Sequence record: DRR723986_622
DNA length: 20,000 nucleotides
Direction: 5' to 3' (one strand)
Below the pieces are notes generated by a model, which saw only the letters and a list, made by a program, of their open reading frames with translations, had not been told where the DNA came from and did not search any database. Positions 7,595-16,265 of this stretch are shown piece by piece. The translations under genes and the position numbers were made by a program. Position 1 is the stretch's first letter. Each line of letters starts with the position of its first letter.

Positions 7595-8701
7595 TTACTT
7601 TCTCTTTCCTTCCGCATGATCCACTATTTTCCCGTCTAGTGTCAAGTATTCCCCCATGCAGTCAGCAGTCATACAGGAGTGAACAGGAAGGATTCCAAGG
7701 ATGTCACCAACTTTTACTTTTGCTAGTAATTCGTCGGAAGCTTTGATGATTCCATGTTCCTGAGATATACTTTTAAGGAATGATTTGTTTTCAGGAATAG
7801 TCCAACCCTTTTCGTTTAGGTAGACTACTTCTCCAAAGTTCTTCAGGCCATTTTCTCCTATAAGAACATCCTTTGCCAGATGAACTCCGCCACCATGGAT
7901 TAGAATTTCCTTTCGATCTTTTTTGATATCCACGACTGGAACAGCTAAGCAAACGGCGATGTCTTCCTTGTCGCACCCGCCCAATTCTGCTTGCATCAAG
8001 TCATAAAAAACAAAGTTGCCAGGCCCCATTTCATCGATATCCCCGAAATCTTCCATCACTGCGCAGCCAGGAGTATCACCAGTTCTGGTGACCAATTTTG
8101 GGTATTCTGAATTGTATTTATGTTTTAGCATACTCAGGGCATTGCGGGTTTGCTCATAAAGTGCAGGTATATCAGGCATGTAATAGGAATGACCTGCGTG
8201 CAAATAAAAGCCCTTGAAGTTAAGTTTGTCTGACTTCTTGGCGATCAATAAAATCTCCTCGATCAAACCAAAATCACTCACTTCTACGCCTGTTCTACCG
8301 TAACCAGCATCAATTTCTATGAAAAAACCAACTGGGAATTCCAATTGATCTACTAGCATTTGGGCAGTAGTTGCATTGATTACCTGAACTGAAATAGATT
8401 GCCTTTCAGCTATTTTATTAAGCTTCGGGATCTCAAGAGGATTGAATGGGAAAGCAATGTGGATGTTTACCCATCCTTGCCCTGCGAGGTATTCAGCCAT
8501 TTGGATGGAAGAAGCAGTCACTTCGGTGATATTATATTCTTTAGCCCAATCGCCAATTTGGTTGGACTGAGCAGTTTTGAAGTGCGGAACAAGCTTCATG
8601 TCATGACGTGCAGCCTTATCAGCCATACGTTTGATATTTGCCCGGCAGATTTTTTCGTCAAGAAGTAGCGTAGGGGAGGTTATTTTATCCAGATAGCTCA
8701 T
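7595..8701 (-). CDS. Fold-type III PLP enzyme, DSD1/D-threonine aldolase family (D-serine dehydratase-like)
   Basis: SPTLLLD, PHFKT (PLP Lys), EIDAGYGRTGV, HAGHSY, GDTP, PGNFVFYD, SQEHG and ILPVHSC (metal-binding His/Cys). Confidence 0.85.
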   Translation of the reverse strand: MSYLDKITSPTLLLDEKICRANIKRMADKAARHDMKLVPHFKTAQSNQIGDWAKEYNITEVTASSIQMAEYLAGQGWVNIHIAFPFNPLEIPKLNKIAERQSISVQVINATTAQMLVDQLEFPVGFFIEIDAGYGRTGVEVSDFGLIEEILLIAKKSDKLNFKGFYLHAGHSYYMPDIPALYEQTRNALSMLKHKYNSEYPKLVTRTGDTPGCAVMEDFGDIDEMGPGNFVFYDLMQAELGGCDKEDIAVCLAVPVVDIKKDRKEILIHGGGVHLAKDVLIGENGLKNFGEVVYLNEKGWTIPENKSFLKSISQEHGIIKASDELLAKVKVGDILGILPVHSCMTADCMGEYLTLDGKIVDHAEGKRK

Positions 8702-8913
8702 TCGTTATAATTGAGATTTTAAAAGTTTTATTGAAAGTAAGAAAGATTTACGATGTGAGAAATAGGATTTATGAGTTTCCAAGGAGATGAACCGGTTTTG
8801 CTCGCAGCGACGCAGCGAAAGTTGATTATAAAACTTATGAATAGAATTACAATTTATGGAGATATCAAAGCTGAGAATACCGATTGAATCTGGTGATAGA
8901 ACATTTTGGTTTT

Positions 8914-9088
8914 AGCCTATAAGGGCTGCATATACAAGCGATGGCTGAAGCCCATCGTAATATAAAAGCGTAAATGCCTTAGCCCTGAAAGGGTGTGATT
9001 TTTAATTGAATTTGGTTCGATATTTCCCAGAAAAGTATTTTTTGCCTTTTTAGGGCAGGTCGTCTTATAAACTTCATGTGTGCCATCG
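8914..9088. repeat. Degenerate REP/REPIN-like element
   Basis: AGCCTATAAGGGCT (8914-8927), hairpin CGATGGCTGAAGCCCATCG (8939-8957), AGCCCTGAAAGGGTG (8981-8995), inverted copy GCCTTTTTAGGGC (9044-9056) and GCCATCG (9082-9088). Confidence 0.6.
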
Positions 9089-9125
9089 GGGGAAATTTGT
9101 TAATTCCTTTTAGTATAAATTCAAA

Positions 9126-9156
9126 AACCTTTGAGGTTCCGCAAACCCCAAAGGTT
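9126..9156. repeat. 13-bp inverted repeat (REP-like hairpin)
   Basis: AACCTTTGAGGTT-CCGCA-AACCCCAAAGGTT, 12/13 complementary, with no U-tail in a terminator context. Confidence 0.55.
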
Positions 9157-9247
9157 AAGAAATATGAAATTGCGCCTTTGCGCCAAGGAGAGAGATTTAC
9201 AAAGAGAGAAATTCTTCCCCCTATGCAGGTAACACCATCAATTCTGC

Positions 9248-9255
9248 TAATTTTG
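9248..9255 (+). promoter_or_regulatory. Candidate -7 promoter box for alaS
   Basis: TAATTTTG matches TAnnTTTG, ~60 nt upstream of the alaS ATG. The -33 box is not clear. Confidence 0.45.
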
Positions 9256-9316
9256 TCCCCCAATAAAAAAGGCTAAAATTGGCCTAAATAGCATTCTTAA
9301 TTGCCTCAAAACCTTC

Positions 9317-11941
9317 ATGGAAGCAAAGAAAATACGGAGCACCTTTATTGAGTTTTTCCAATCCAAGCAACATCACTATGTTCCCTCATCACCGATTGTG
9401 GTTAAAAATGACCCAACTCTGATGTTTACAAATGCGGGAATGAACCAGTTCAAAGACGCATTTCTAGGTAATGAAATCGCCAAATACTCCCGTGTTGCCA
9501 ATTCCCAGAAATGCCTAAGGGTAAGTGGCAAGCACAATGATCTGGAAGAAGTGGGAGTGGATACGTATCACCACACCATGTTTGAGATGCTGGGTAATTG
9601 GTCTTTTGGAGATTATTTTAAGAAAGAAGCGATCGAATGGGCTTGGGAGTTATTGACTGAAGTCTATGGTTTGGATAAAGACAGATTATACGTATCGGTG
9701 TTCCAAGGTGATTCAGGTGATAACCTAGGTCTTGATCAGGAAGCCTATGATCTTTGGAAAGCTATAGTTCCTGAGGATCGAATTATAATGGGTTCCAAGA
9801 AGGACAACTTCTGGGAAATGGGTGATGTGGGACCCTGCGGTCCTTGCTCTGAAATCCACATTGACTTAAGATCAGACGCTGAGCGCGCTATTATAGCGGG
9901 TAAGGATTTGGTAAACAACGATCACGAACAAGTGATCGAGATCTGGAACTTGGTATTCATGCAGTTCAATAGAGTTTCTGATGGATCTTTGAAACCTTTA
10001 CCGGCTACTCATGTAGATACAGGAATGGGTTTTGAGCGTTTGGTGAGAGCTATTCAACACAAATCTTCCAATTACGATACCGATCTATTTGCTCCGTTCT
10101 TGGCTGCTTTGGCTAAGAAGTCAGGCAAAGTTTATGGTGAGGACTTGCCTACTGATATTGCATTCCGAGTGATCGTGGATCACATTCGTGCGATTTCATT
10201 TACAATCGCTGATGGGCAATTGCCTTCCAATAATAAGGCAGGCTATGTGATTCGTAGAATCCTGAGAAGAGCGGTTCGTTATGGATATACTTTCTTAGGT
10301 TTCCAGGAACCGTTTTTATATGAGTTGACAAGTCTGATCGCTGATAATTTTGGAGATATTTTCCCAGAGGTAAGACAGCAGCAAGAGTTTATAGCGAAGG
10401 TGATTTTCGAAGAGGAGACTTCATTCCTCCGAACCTTGGATAATGGTTTGAAAATGCTCGATCAGATTAAAATTGAATTGTCTGAGAAAGGTGAAAATGT
10501 TATTCCAGGGAAAACAGCCTTTGAGCTTTATGATACCTTCGGTTTTCCGCTTGATTTGACTTCATTGATTGCACGTGAAAGCGGACTTTCTCTTGATGAA
10601 AAAGGCTTTGCGCAGGAAATGGAAGCGCAGAAAACGCGTTCGCGTGCCGCATCTGAATCCGAAACTGGTGATTGGGTAATCGTGAATGAAGACAATGGAG
10701 TTGAATTTGTAGGCTACGATTTTCTTAAAGCTCATGCGCAGATTATCAAGTACCGCGTGATTTCTGATAAAAAAGGAGATAAATACCAACTTGTACTGGA
10801 TAAAACACCATTCTATGCGGAATCTGGTGGACAGGTAGGGGATACAGGTTTGTTGATTTCTGATACTGAAACAGTTAAAGTAATTGACACCAAAAAAGAG
10901 AACGACTTAATCGTTCATTTTGTGGAAAAGCTCCCTGCAAATCCCGAAGCAAAGTTCGGGGCAGAAGTGGATGCTGAAAAGCGTTTTCTAACAGAAAATA
11001 ATCACACAGCTACTCATTTGCTTCAGTCAGCTTTGAAAGAAGTTCTTGGAGACCACATTCAGCAGCGTGGTTCTTTAGTAAATCAAAACTTACTACGTTT
11101 TGATTTTTCCCATTTCAGTAAATTGACTGAAGAGGAGATTTCTAAGGTAGAGGATATTGTGAATGAGAAAATCCGAGAAAATATTCCGCTTTCAGAACAA
11201 AGAAATGTCCCAATTGAAGAAGCTAAAAAGCAAGGTGCTACAGCGCTTTTTGGGGAGAAATATGGTGATTTCGTACGTGTGGTTACCTTCGACAAGGATT
11301 TCTCTGTGGAACTTTGTGGAGGAACTCACGTACCTCAGACAAGTAAAATTGGATTATTCAAGATCGTTTCTGAAGCTTCCAGTGCGTCTGGTGTTCGTAG
11401 GATTGAAGCGATCACTGCAAAAGCAGCTGTAGACTATTTCCGAAAGCAGGAACATTTGGTAAAGGAAATTCAAGAGCTGCTGAAGAATCCTAAAGATCTG
11501 ACGAAGTCAATCGAGGCTTTACTCCAAGAGCGAAATGACTTGAAGAAAGAGATTGATGCGTTGCATTTAGAGAAAGCATCAGGTGTAAAAGTAGAATTGC
11601 TTAAGCAATTTGTAGCCGGTGAAGGTATCAATACTTTGATTGCTCAGGTGGAACTGCCAAATGCGGATTCATTGAAAAAGCTAGCTTATGAGCTGAAGAA
11701 TGAGATCGCGAATGCTTTTGTGATCTTGGCAGCCAAAGTAGATGATAAACCGCAAATTGCTGTAATCATAGATGAGGACTTGATTGCAAGGAAAAATTTA
11801 AATGCTGGTCAAATTGTCAGAGAATTGGCAAAAGAAATACAAGGGGGAGGTGGAGGACAAGCGTTTTTTGCCACTGCAGGAGGAAAAAACCTCGCAGGGC
11901 TAGAAAATGTAGTGGTGAAAGCCAGAGAGTTGTACCTTTAA
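9317..11941 (+). CDS. alaS: Alanine--tRNA ligase
   Basis: DPTLMFTNAGMNQFK, HHTMFEMLGNWSFGDYFK, EIWNLVFMQF, DTGMGFERL, editing motifs HTATH and ELCGGTH, and C-terminal GGGGG (DHHA1). Confidence 0.99.
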   Translation: MEAKKIRSTFIEFFQSKQHHYVPSSPIVVKNDPTLMFTNAGMNQFKDAFLGNEIAKYSRVANSQKCLRVSGKHNDLEEVGVDTYHHTMFEMLGNWSFGDYFKKEAIEWAWELLTEVYGLDKDRLYVSVFQGDSGDNLGLDQEAYDLWKAIVPEDRIIMGSKKDNFWEMGDVGPCGPCSEIHIDLRSDAERAIIAGKDLVNNDHEQVIEIWNLVFMQFNRVSDGSLKPLPATHVDTGMGFERLVRAIQHKSSNYDTDLFAPFLAALAKKSGKVYGEDLPTDIAFRVIVDHIRAISFTIADGQLPSNNKAGYVIRRILRRAVRYGYTFLGFQEPFLYELTSLIADNFGDIFPEVRQQQEFIAKVIFEEETSFLRTLDNGLKMLDQIKIELSEKGENVIPGKTAFELYDTFGFPLDLTSLIARESGLSLDEKGFAQEMEAQKTRSRAASESETGDWVIVNEDNGVEFVGYDFLKAHAQIIKYRVISDKKGDKYQLVLDKTPFYAESGGQVGDTGLLISDTETVKVIDTKKENDLIVHFVEKLPANPEAKFGAEVDAEKRFLTENNHTATHLLQSALKEVLGDHIQQRGSLVNQNLLRFDFSHFSKLTEEEISKVEDIVNEKIRENIPLSEQRNVPIEEAKKQGATALFGEKYGDFVRVVTFDKDFSVELCGGTHVPQTSKIGLFKIVSEASSASGVRRIEAITAKAAVDYFRKQEHLVKEIQELLKNPKDLTKSIEALLQERNDLKKEIDALHLEKASGVKVELLKQFVAGEGINTLIAQVELPNADSLKKLAYELKNEIANAFVILAAKVDDKPQIAVIIDEDLIARKNLNAGQIVRELAKEIQGGGGGQAFFATAGGKNLAGLENVVVKARELYL

Positions 11942-11962
11942 AAACACTGAAAAAACGCGCGA

Positions 11963-13423
11963 ATGCTAAGCGAAGAATTAAGGAATAAATATCAGTTGAT
12001 CATCGGTTTGGAGGTGCATGCGCAGCTTTTGACCGAGAGTAAAATGTTTGCAGCTGATGCTAACGAGTATGGGAAATCACCAAATACACAGATTTCTGCA
12101 ATTACCCTTGGGCACCCTGGTACTTTACCCAAGGTGAATAGAAAGGCGATAGCCTTTGCCATCAAGATGGGATTGGCTTGTAATTCTGAAATTACTCGAC
12201 ATAACGTGTTCGCACGGAAAAATTACTTTTACCCAGATCTTCCAAAAGGATACCAGTTGACGCAGGACAAAGGTCCAATCTGCGTAGGAGGTACTGTACC
12301 GATTCAATTGGCGGATGGCCGCAAGAAGGAAGTAATTCTGAATCGTGTTCATATGGAGGAAGATGCAGGTAAATCTATTCACTTAGCTGAGGAAACTGAT
12401 ACTTTAGTAGATTTTAACCGAGCTGGCACTCCATTGATTGAAATCGTAACTGAGCCAGATTTGCACAGTCCAGAGGAAGCTTATGCGTTCCTGACTGAGG
12501 TGAAGAAATTGGTTAAATACCTTGATATCTGTGATGGAAATATGGAAGAAGGATCCCTTCGCTGTGATGCCAACGTGTCAGTGATGCTGAAAGGCTCAAA
12601 AGAGCTAGGCAAAAAAGTAGAAGTGAAAAATATGAATTCCTTCAGGAATGTGTTTCGTGCGATCGAACATGAGCATGAGCGATTGATTGGGTTGATTGAA
12701 GCAGGAGAAGAAGTTGTTTCTGAAACGCGAACCTTCGATGCAACTACGGGGCTAACTGCTAGTATGCGTACCAAGGAAGATTTGAATGACTATCGGTATT
12801 TCCCAGAGCCAGATTTGAGTCCTGTGGTAGTGTCAGACGAGTGGTTGAATGCAGTGAAAGCCACTATGCCTGTTTTGCCGAGAGATCTTCACAAAAAGTT
12901 TGTGGAAGAGTTTGGTTTACCAGATTACGATGCTAGCTTTTTGACCGAGTCTAAAGATGTTGCTTTGTGGTTTAATGAACTTTGCACCAAAACTACTAAT
13001 TACAAAGCTGCGTCTAATTGGATGATGGGGCCAGTGAAATTGTCGCTTGGTGAGCAATCGTTATCAAAAGAGACTTATCCTATTACCCATGAGACTTTGG
13101 CTGCTTTGATTACTCTAGTGGAGGAAGGTAAAGTAAGCTACACGGCAGCTGCACAGCATGTTTTTCCCGAGTTGCTGAAGAACACAGATGAGAATCCAAT
13201 GGAGATAGCACAGCGGTTGAACCTGATTCAGGAAAGCGATGAATCTTCACTGAAACCAATTGTAGAACAGGTGCTGGCTGCCAATGCGGCGAAAGTAAAA
13301 GAATATAAATCAGGTAAAAAAGGCTTGATGGGTTTATTCATGGGACAGGTGATGAAGGAGTCTCAAGGAAAAGCTGACCCAAAAGTTGCTACAAAACTAT
13401 TAACAGAATTATTACAGAATTAA
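11963..13423 (+). CDS. gatB: Asp-tRNA(Asn)/Glu-tRNA(Gln) amidotransferase subunit B
   Basis: IGLEVHAQL, RKNYFYPDLPKGYQ, HMEEDAGK, DFNRAGTPLIEIVTEPD, GSLRCDANVS, YRYFPEPDL and a C-terminal YqeY-like GQVMK..GKADP. Confidence 0.98.
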   Translation: MLSEELRNKYQLIIGLEVHAQLLTESKMFAADANEYGKSPNTQISAITLGHPGTLPKVNRKAIAFAIKMGLACNSEITRHNVFARKNYFYPDLPKGYQLTQDKGPICVGGTVPIQLADGRKKEVILNRVHMEEDAGKSIHLAEETDTLVDFNRAGTPLIEIVTEPDLHSPEEAYAFLTEVKKLVKYLDICDGNMEEGSLRCDANVSVMLKGSKELGKKVEVKNMNSFRNVFRAIEHEHERLIGLIEAGEEVVSETRTFDATTGLTASMRTKEDLNDYRYFPEPDLSPVVVSDEWLNAVKATMPVLPRDLHKKFVEEFGLPDYDASFLTESKDVALWFNELCTKTTNYKAASNWMMGPVKLSLGEQSLSKETYPITHETLAALITLVEEGKVSYTAAAQHVFPELLKNTDENPMEIAQRLNLIQESDESSLKPIVEQVLAANAAKVKEYKSGKKGLMGLFMGQVMKESQGKADPKVATKLLTELLQN

Positions 13424-13426
13424 CCC

Positions 13427-14536
13427 ATGATGAACAAAATGAACGCAATAGTATTTCTATTACTCTTATCTTTTTTCTCTTGTGAGGAAAAGCAAGTAAA
13501 TGATGGGAAAGTAGAAATCACAGGGACCCTTGAGAACTCCAGGGTTGGTGCGGTAATACTTTCCCAGTTTACAGATAGTCGCCCTAAAGTTTTGGATACG
13601 CTGGAGGTAGATGACAAAGGCAAATTCAGCTATGAAGTGGAAGTCAATACTCCAACTTTTTACGAGTTGAATATGTATGGAGAAAAATCTGTTCGTCTAG
13701 CCCTCTTCAAAGAGGATGTGAATATTTCTTATGATTTTGCTAACCCTGAAAGTTTGGTAATAAAGGGCTCCAAAGATTCACAAGAAATGCTGAAAATCGA
13801 AAAGTTGATGGAGGCATATCAAGCCAAGGTCAATGCCCTCAACGAGGCTTATTATAAAGCAATGGGCGAAAACAATACCGAAGAGATTAAACAAATTCAG
13901 ACTGATGCAATGGCATTGGAAAGTAACCAGTCTACAGAAGTAAAGAATGTGATCAATAGTATGGGGGATAGTTTTGCATCACTGGCGGCTATCGGTCTGT
14001 TGAATCCTAAAAATGAATTTCAGTTTATGGATAGTCTGGTTGCAAAACTTGACGAAACATACCCAGAGACTAAGTCAATTATTCAGATAAAGCAGCAATT
14101 GGATGAGATGAGAGCACTTTCAATGGGACAAATAGCTCCTGAAATTGAGTTGCCTAATCCTGAAGGAGAAATTATCAAACTTTCTGACCTAAGAGGTAAG
14201 TATGTCATGATTGATTTCTGGGCTGCTTGGTGCAAGCCTTGCCGTGAAGAAAACCCAAATGTAGTGAGGCTTTACAATGAATATAATGAAAAAGGATTTG
14301 AGGTATTTGGAGTGTCTCTAGACCGTACGAAAGAGGCTTGGGTAGATGCTATTGCTGAGGATGGATTGACTTGGACACAAGTATCCGATTTGCAATATTT
14401 CAATTCAGCTGCTGCAGAGCTATACCAGATAAATGCCATTCCAGCTACCTATTTGATCGATCCAGATGGGAAAATAATTGGAAAAGACCTAAGAGGTCCA
14501 AGCTTAGAAGCAAAACTAGCAGAGATATTTGACTAG
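13427..14536 (+). CDS. TlpA-family thiol-disulfide oxidoreductase lipoprotein (DUF4369-like N-terminus plus thioredoxin-fold domain)
   Basis: Lipobox-like LSFFSC. C-terminal GQIAPEI...IDFWAAWCKPCREENP...VSLD...IPATYLIDPDGKII. Confidence 0.9.
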   Translation: MMNKMNAIVFLLLLSFFSCEEKQVNDGKVEITGTLENSRVGAVILSQFTDSRPKVLDTLEVDDKGKFSYEVEVNTPTFYELNMYGEKSVRLALFKEDVNISYDFANPESLVIKGSKDSQEMLKIEKLMEAYQAKVNALNEAYYKAMGENNTEEIKQIQTDAMALESNQSTEVKNVINSMGDSFASLAAIGLLNPKNEFQFMDSLVAKLDETYPETKSIIQIKQQLDEMRALSMGQIAPEIELPNPEGEIIKLSDLRGKYVMIDFWAAWCKPCREENPNVVRLYNEYNEKGFEVFGVSLDRTKEAWVDAIAEDGLTWTQVSDLQYFNSAAAELYQINAIPATYLIDPDGKIIGKDLRGPSLEAKLAEIFD

Positions 14537-14552
14537 TTCAGTTTGATAAAAA

Positions 14553-14599
14553 CCAACAAAAAAGCCTTCTCATTTAAAATGGGAAGGCTTTTTTGTTGG
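14553..14599. terminator. Bidirectional Rho-independent terminator
   Basis: CCAACAAAAAAGCCTTCTCATT pairs with AATGGGAAGGCTTTTTTGTTGG, with an A-run before and a T-run after. Lies between convergent units. Confidence 0.92.
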
Positions 14600-14694
14600 G
14601 AAATATATGAAAGGAAGGAAGAAAAAGTACCAAACAGTCCTTCCTTTAAAAATCGTGTCATTGAAAAAGGAATAGCAAAAGTTGTTTATCACCC
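14553..14694 (-). ncRNA. Candidate small RNA (~140 nt)
   Basis: Minus-strand TAGATTTG -7 box (14706-14699), internal 10-bp stem (14647-14638 with 14619-14610), ending in the bidirectional terminator. No ORF is contained within these limits. Confidence 0.4.
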
Positions 14695-14821
14695 GAGACA
14701 AATCTAGTGAAAAGATTCAAAAGAAAAACAATCTTAAAATTATTCTTATTCAATTAAATAGTAATTTTTCCTGATTTTGATTCAATATTCCTTGAATATT
14801 ACTAATTTATTACCAAATCAA

Positions 14822-15610
14822 TTATTTCGCAATTTTCTCATAACTGGCAATAACACCTCTAACCATTGCAGAACTGAAGCCTTGATGTTCCATTTCATTT
14901 AACCCTACTATAGTGCAGCCTTTTGGGGTAGTCACTTTGTCAATAGCGGCCTCTGGATGCATATTTTTTTGAATCATAAGCTCAGCAGCACCTTTTACTG
15001 TTTGGTTTACGATTTTGCTGGCAGTCACCGAATCAAACCCAATCTGAATCCCTCCTTGGATCATCGCTCGCATAAATCGTAATACATATGCTATCCCGCA
15101 GGCACCCAACACTGTTGCTGCTTCCATCAAGCTTTCGTCAATAGGTATGGTGAATCCTATTCCGTCAAATAACTCAGATACGAGTTTGATTTGATCTGAA
15201 TCTGCATTTTGAGCACAGATGCAGGTTATTGACTCTTGGATATCTGCAGCGATATTTGGCATAGCCCGAAAGGTGATACTACTAGAGTCTATGACTTGAT
15301 ACATCTCTGCAAGTGTTATTCCTGTGGCCAGAGATATGATGATTTGGTCCTTTGATTTCAATGATGGCTTGATTTCAGCCAGAATAGGAGCGACGTTATA
15401 CGGTTTCACTCCGAGGATTATTATGTCTGCATTTGCAGCGGCAGAAACATTATCACTTTGAACGTTTACCCCCAAGACAGCAAAACCACTGAGGCTATCC
15501 ACATGTCGTTTAGTTAGGGTGAGATTTTTTGGATCAAAATCATCGCGTTTCAAAAGTCCGTTTGCGATAGAAGCTCCTAGGTTGCCACAGCCAATGATGG
15601 CTATTTTCAT
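14822..15610 (-). CDS. proC: Pyrroline-5-carboxylate reductase
   Basis: MKIAIIGCGNLG (Rossmann fold), LGVKP, SLATG, RAMPN and DKVTTPKGCTIVGL. Start ATG 15610 preferred over the ORF-track start at 15667. Confidence 0.95.
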   Translation of the reverse strand: MKIAIIGCGNLGASIANGLLKRDDFDPKNLTLTKRHVDSLSGFAVLGVNVQSDNVSAAANADIIILGVKPYNVAPILAEIKPSLKSKDQIIISLATGITLAEMYQVIDSSSITFRAMPNIAADIQESITCICAQNADSDQIKLVSELFDGIGFTIPIDESLMEAATVLGACGIAYVLRFMRAMIQGGIQIGFDSVTASKIVNQTVKGAAELMIQKNMHPEAAIDKVTTPKGCTIVGLNEMEHQGFSSAMVRGVIASYEKIAK

Positions 15611-15745
15611 TGTCGAAATCATGGAAAATATAATTATTGATTGGATTTGTTGCATAAAGGTAAACAATACAGCTGTTTTTATGTGAATTCATAAAATATT
15701 ATGAAGGTGTGATGATTTAATCCAAAACACCTTACAAATTTATTA

Positions 15746-15803
15746 GACAAAATATTTTGTCATATAGTAAAGTTTATTTTACATTTAGTAAAAATAACTT
15801 GTC
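15746..15803 (+). promoter_or_regulatory. Three 16-bp palindromic operator-like boxes at 21-bp period overlapping a promoter
   Basis: GACAAAATATTTTGTC (15746, perfect palindrome), GTAAAGTTTATTTTAC (15767) and GTAAAAATAACTTGTC (15788). Embedded TTTG(15756-15759)-N20-TACATTTA(15780-15787). Confidence 0.7.
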
Positions 15804-15805
15804 TT

Positions 15806-16222
15806 ATGAAAGAGAAATCAATTCTACATGTGCCCTTGCTTTCTCCAGTTTGGAAGAAAGTAGCGTTTATGTTTTTTCCGCTTCCTGTTATTCTAGTTAT
15901 TGGGATGGCGATTACCAGAATGGATATAAGTCCAGACGAATCTGCTCAAGTGATTTACGGCTGCTGGGCAATTGGCTTTGGGTTGCTGAATCTTTCCAGA
16001 GAGAAAGATGAAGATGAGATGATTAAGTCTTTTAGACTTCAGGCATTTCAAACAGGCTCCTATTGGCTGATTTGGGGTATTGCTGCATTAATGCTGATCA
16101 ATTACCTGCGCTTTGATAGAATTACTTCAGAGATATTCACAGCCTATTTAGTATTGTTCTTGTTGAATGCTTACATCTACGCGGCATTTCAATATCAGAA
16201 GTTCATGGCTTCAAAGGATTAA
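15806..16222 (+). CDS. Small integral membrane protein (~4 TM) of the type paired with XRE regulators
   Basis: Four hydrophobic segments. SREKDEDEMIKSFRLQAF loop resembles the DE(R/M)-containing membrane partners found beside COG1476-type HTH genes. Confidence 0.7.
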   Translation: MKEKSILHVPLLSPVWKKVAFMFFPLPVILVIGMAITRMDISPDESAQVIYGCWAIGFGLLNLSREKDEDEMIKSFRLQAFQTGSYWLIWGIAALMLINYLRFDRITSEIFTAYLVLFLLNAYIYAAFQYQKFMASKD

Positions 16223-16251
16223 TGTGTTGTACTATGTTTGATTACCGAAAG

Positions 16252-16259
16252 TACTTTTG
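16252..16259 (+). promoter_or_regulatory. -7 promoter box immediately before the HTH gene
   Basis: TACTTTTG matches TAnnTTTG, 6 nt before the ATG at 16266, and overlaps the palindrome AAAGTACTTT (16248-16257). Confidence 0.5.
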
Positions 16260-16265
16260 CCATAA

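Noticed and set aside
8979-9276. ORFs 8979..9263 (-) and 9076..9276 (+)
   Set aside because: They overlap each other and run through REP-like hairpins and the alaS promoter region, with no protein-like motifs.
9190-9316. T-box or other aminoacyl-tRNA-synthetase leader before alaS
   Set aside because: No T-box motif, terminator/antiterminator pair or Ala-rich leader peptide seen. The predicted 5'UTR is only ~55 nt.
7595-11941. Functional link between the D-amino-acid PLP enzyme and the divergent alaS (serine or D-amino-acid mischarging control)
   Set aside because: Supported only by adjacency. The spacer is long and repeat-filled, and no shared operator was seen.
10562-13623. ORF-track calls inside alaS, gatB and TlpA (10562..10789, 11083..11295, 11163..11432, 12125..12382, 12481..12774, 13420..13623)
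   Set aside because: Shadow frames of conserved genes.
15611-15667. N-terminal extension of ProC in the ORF track
   Set aside because: The Rossmann motif normally begins at the N-terminus (MKIAIIG at 15610), and a -7-like box TACCTTTA (15662-15655) lies inside the extension.
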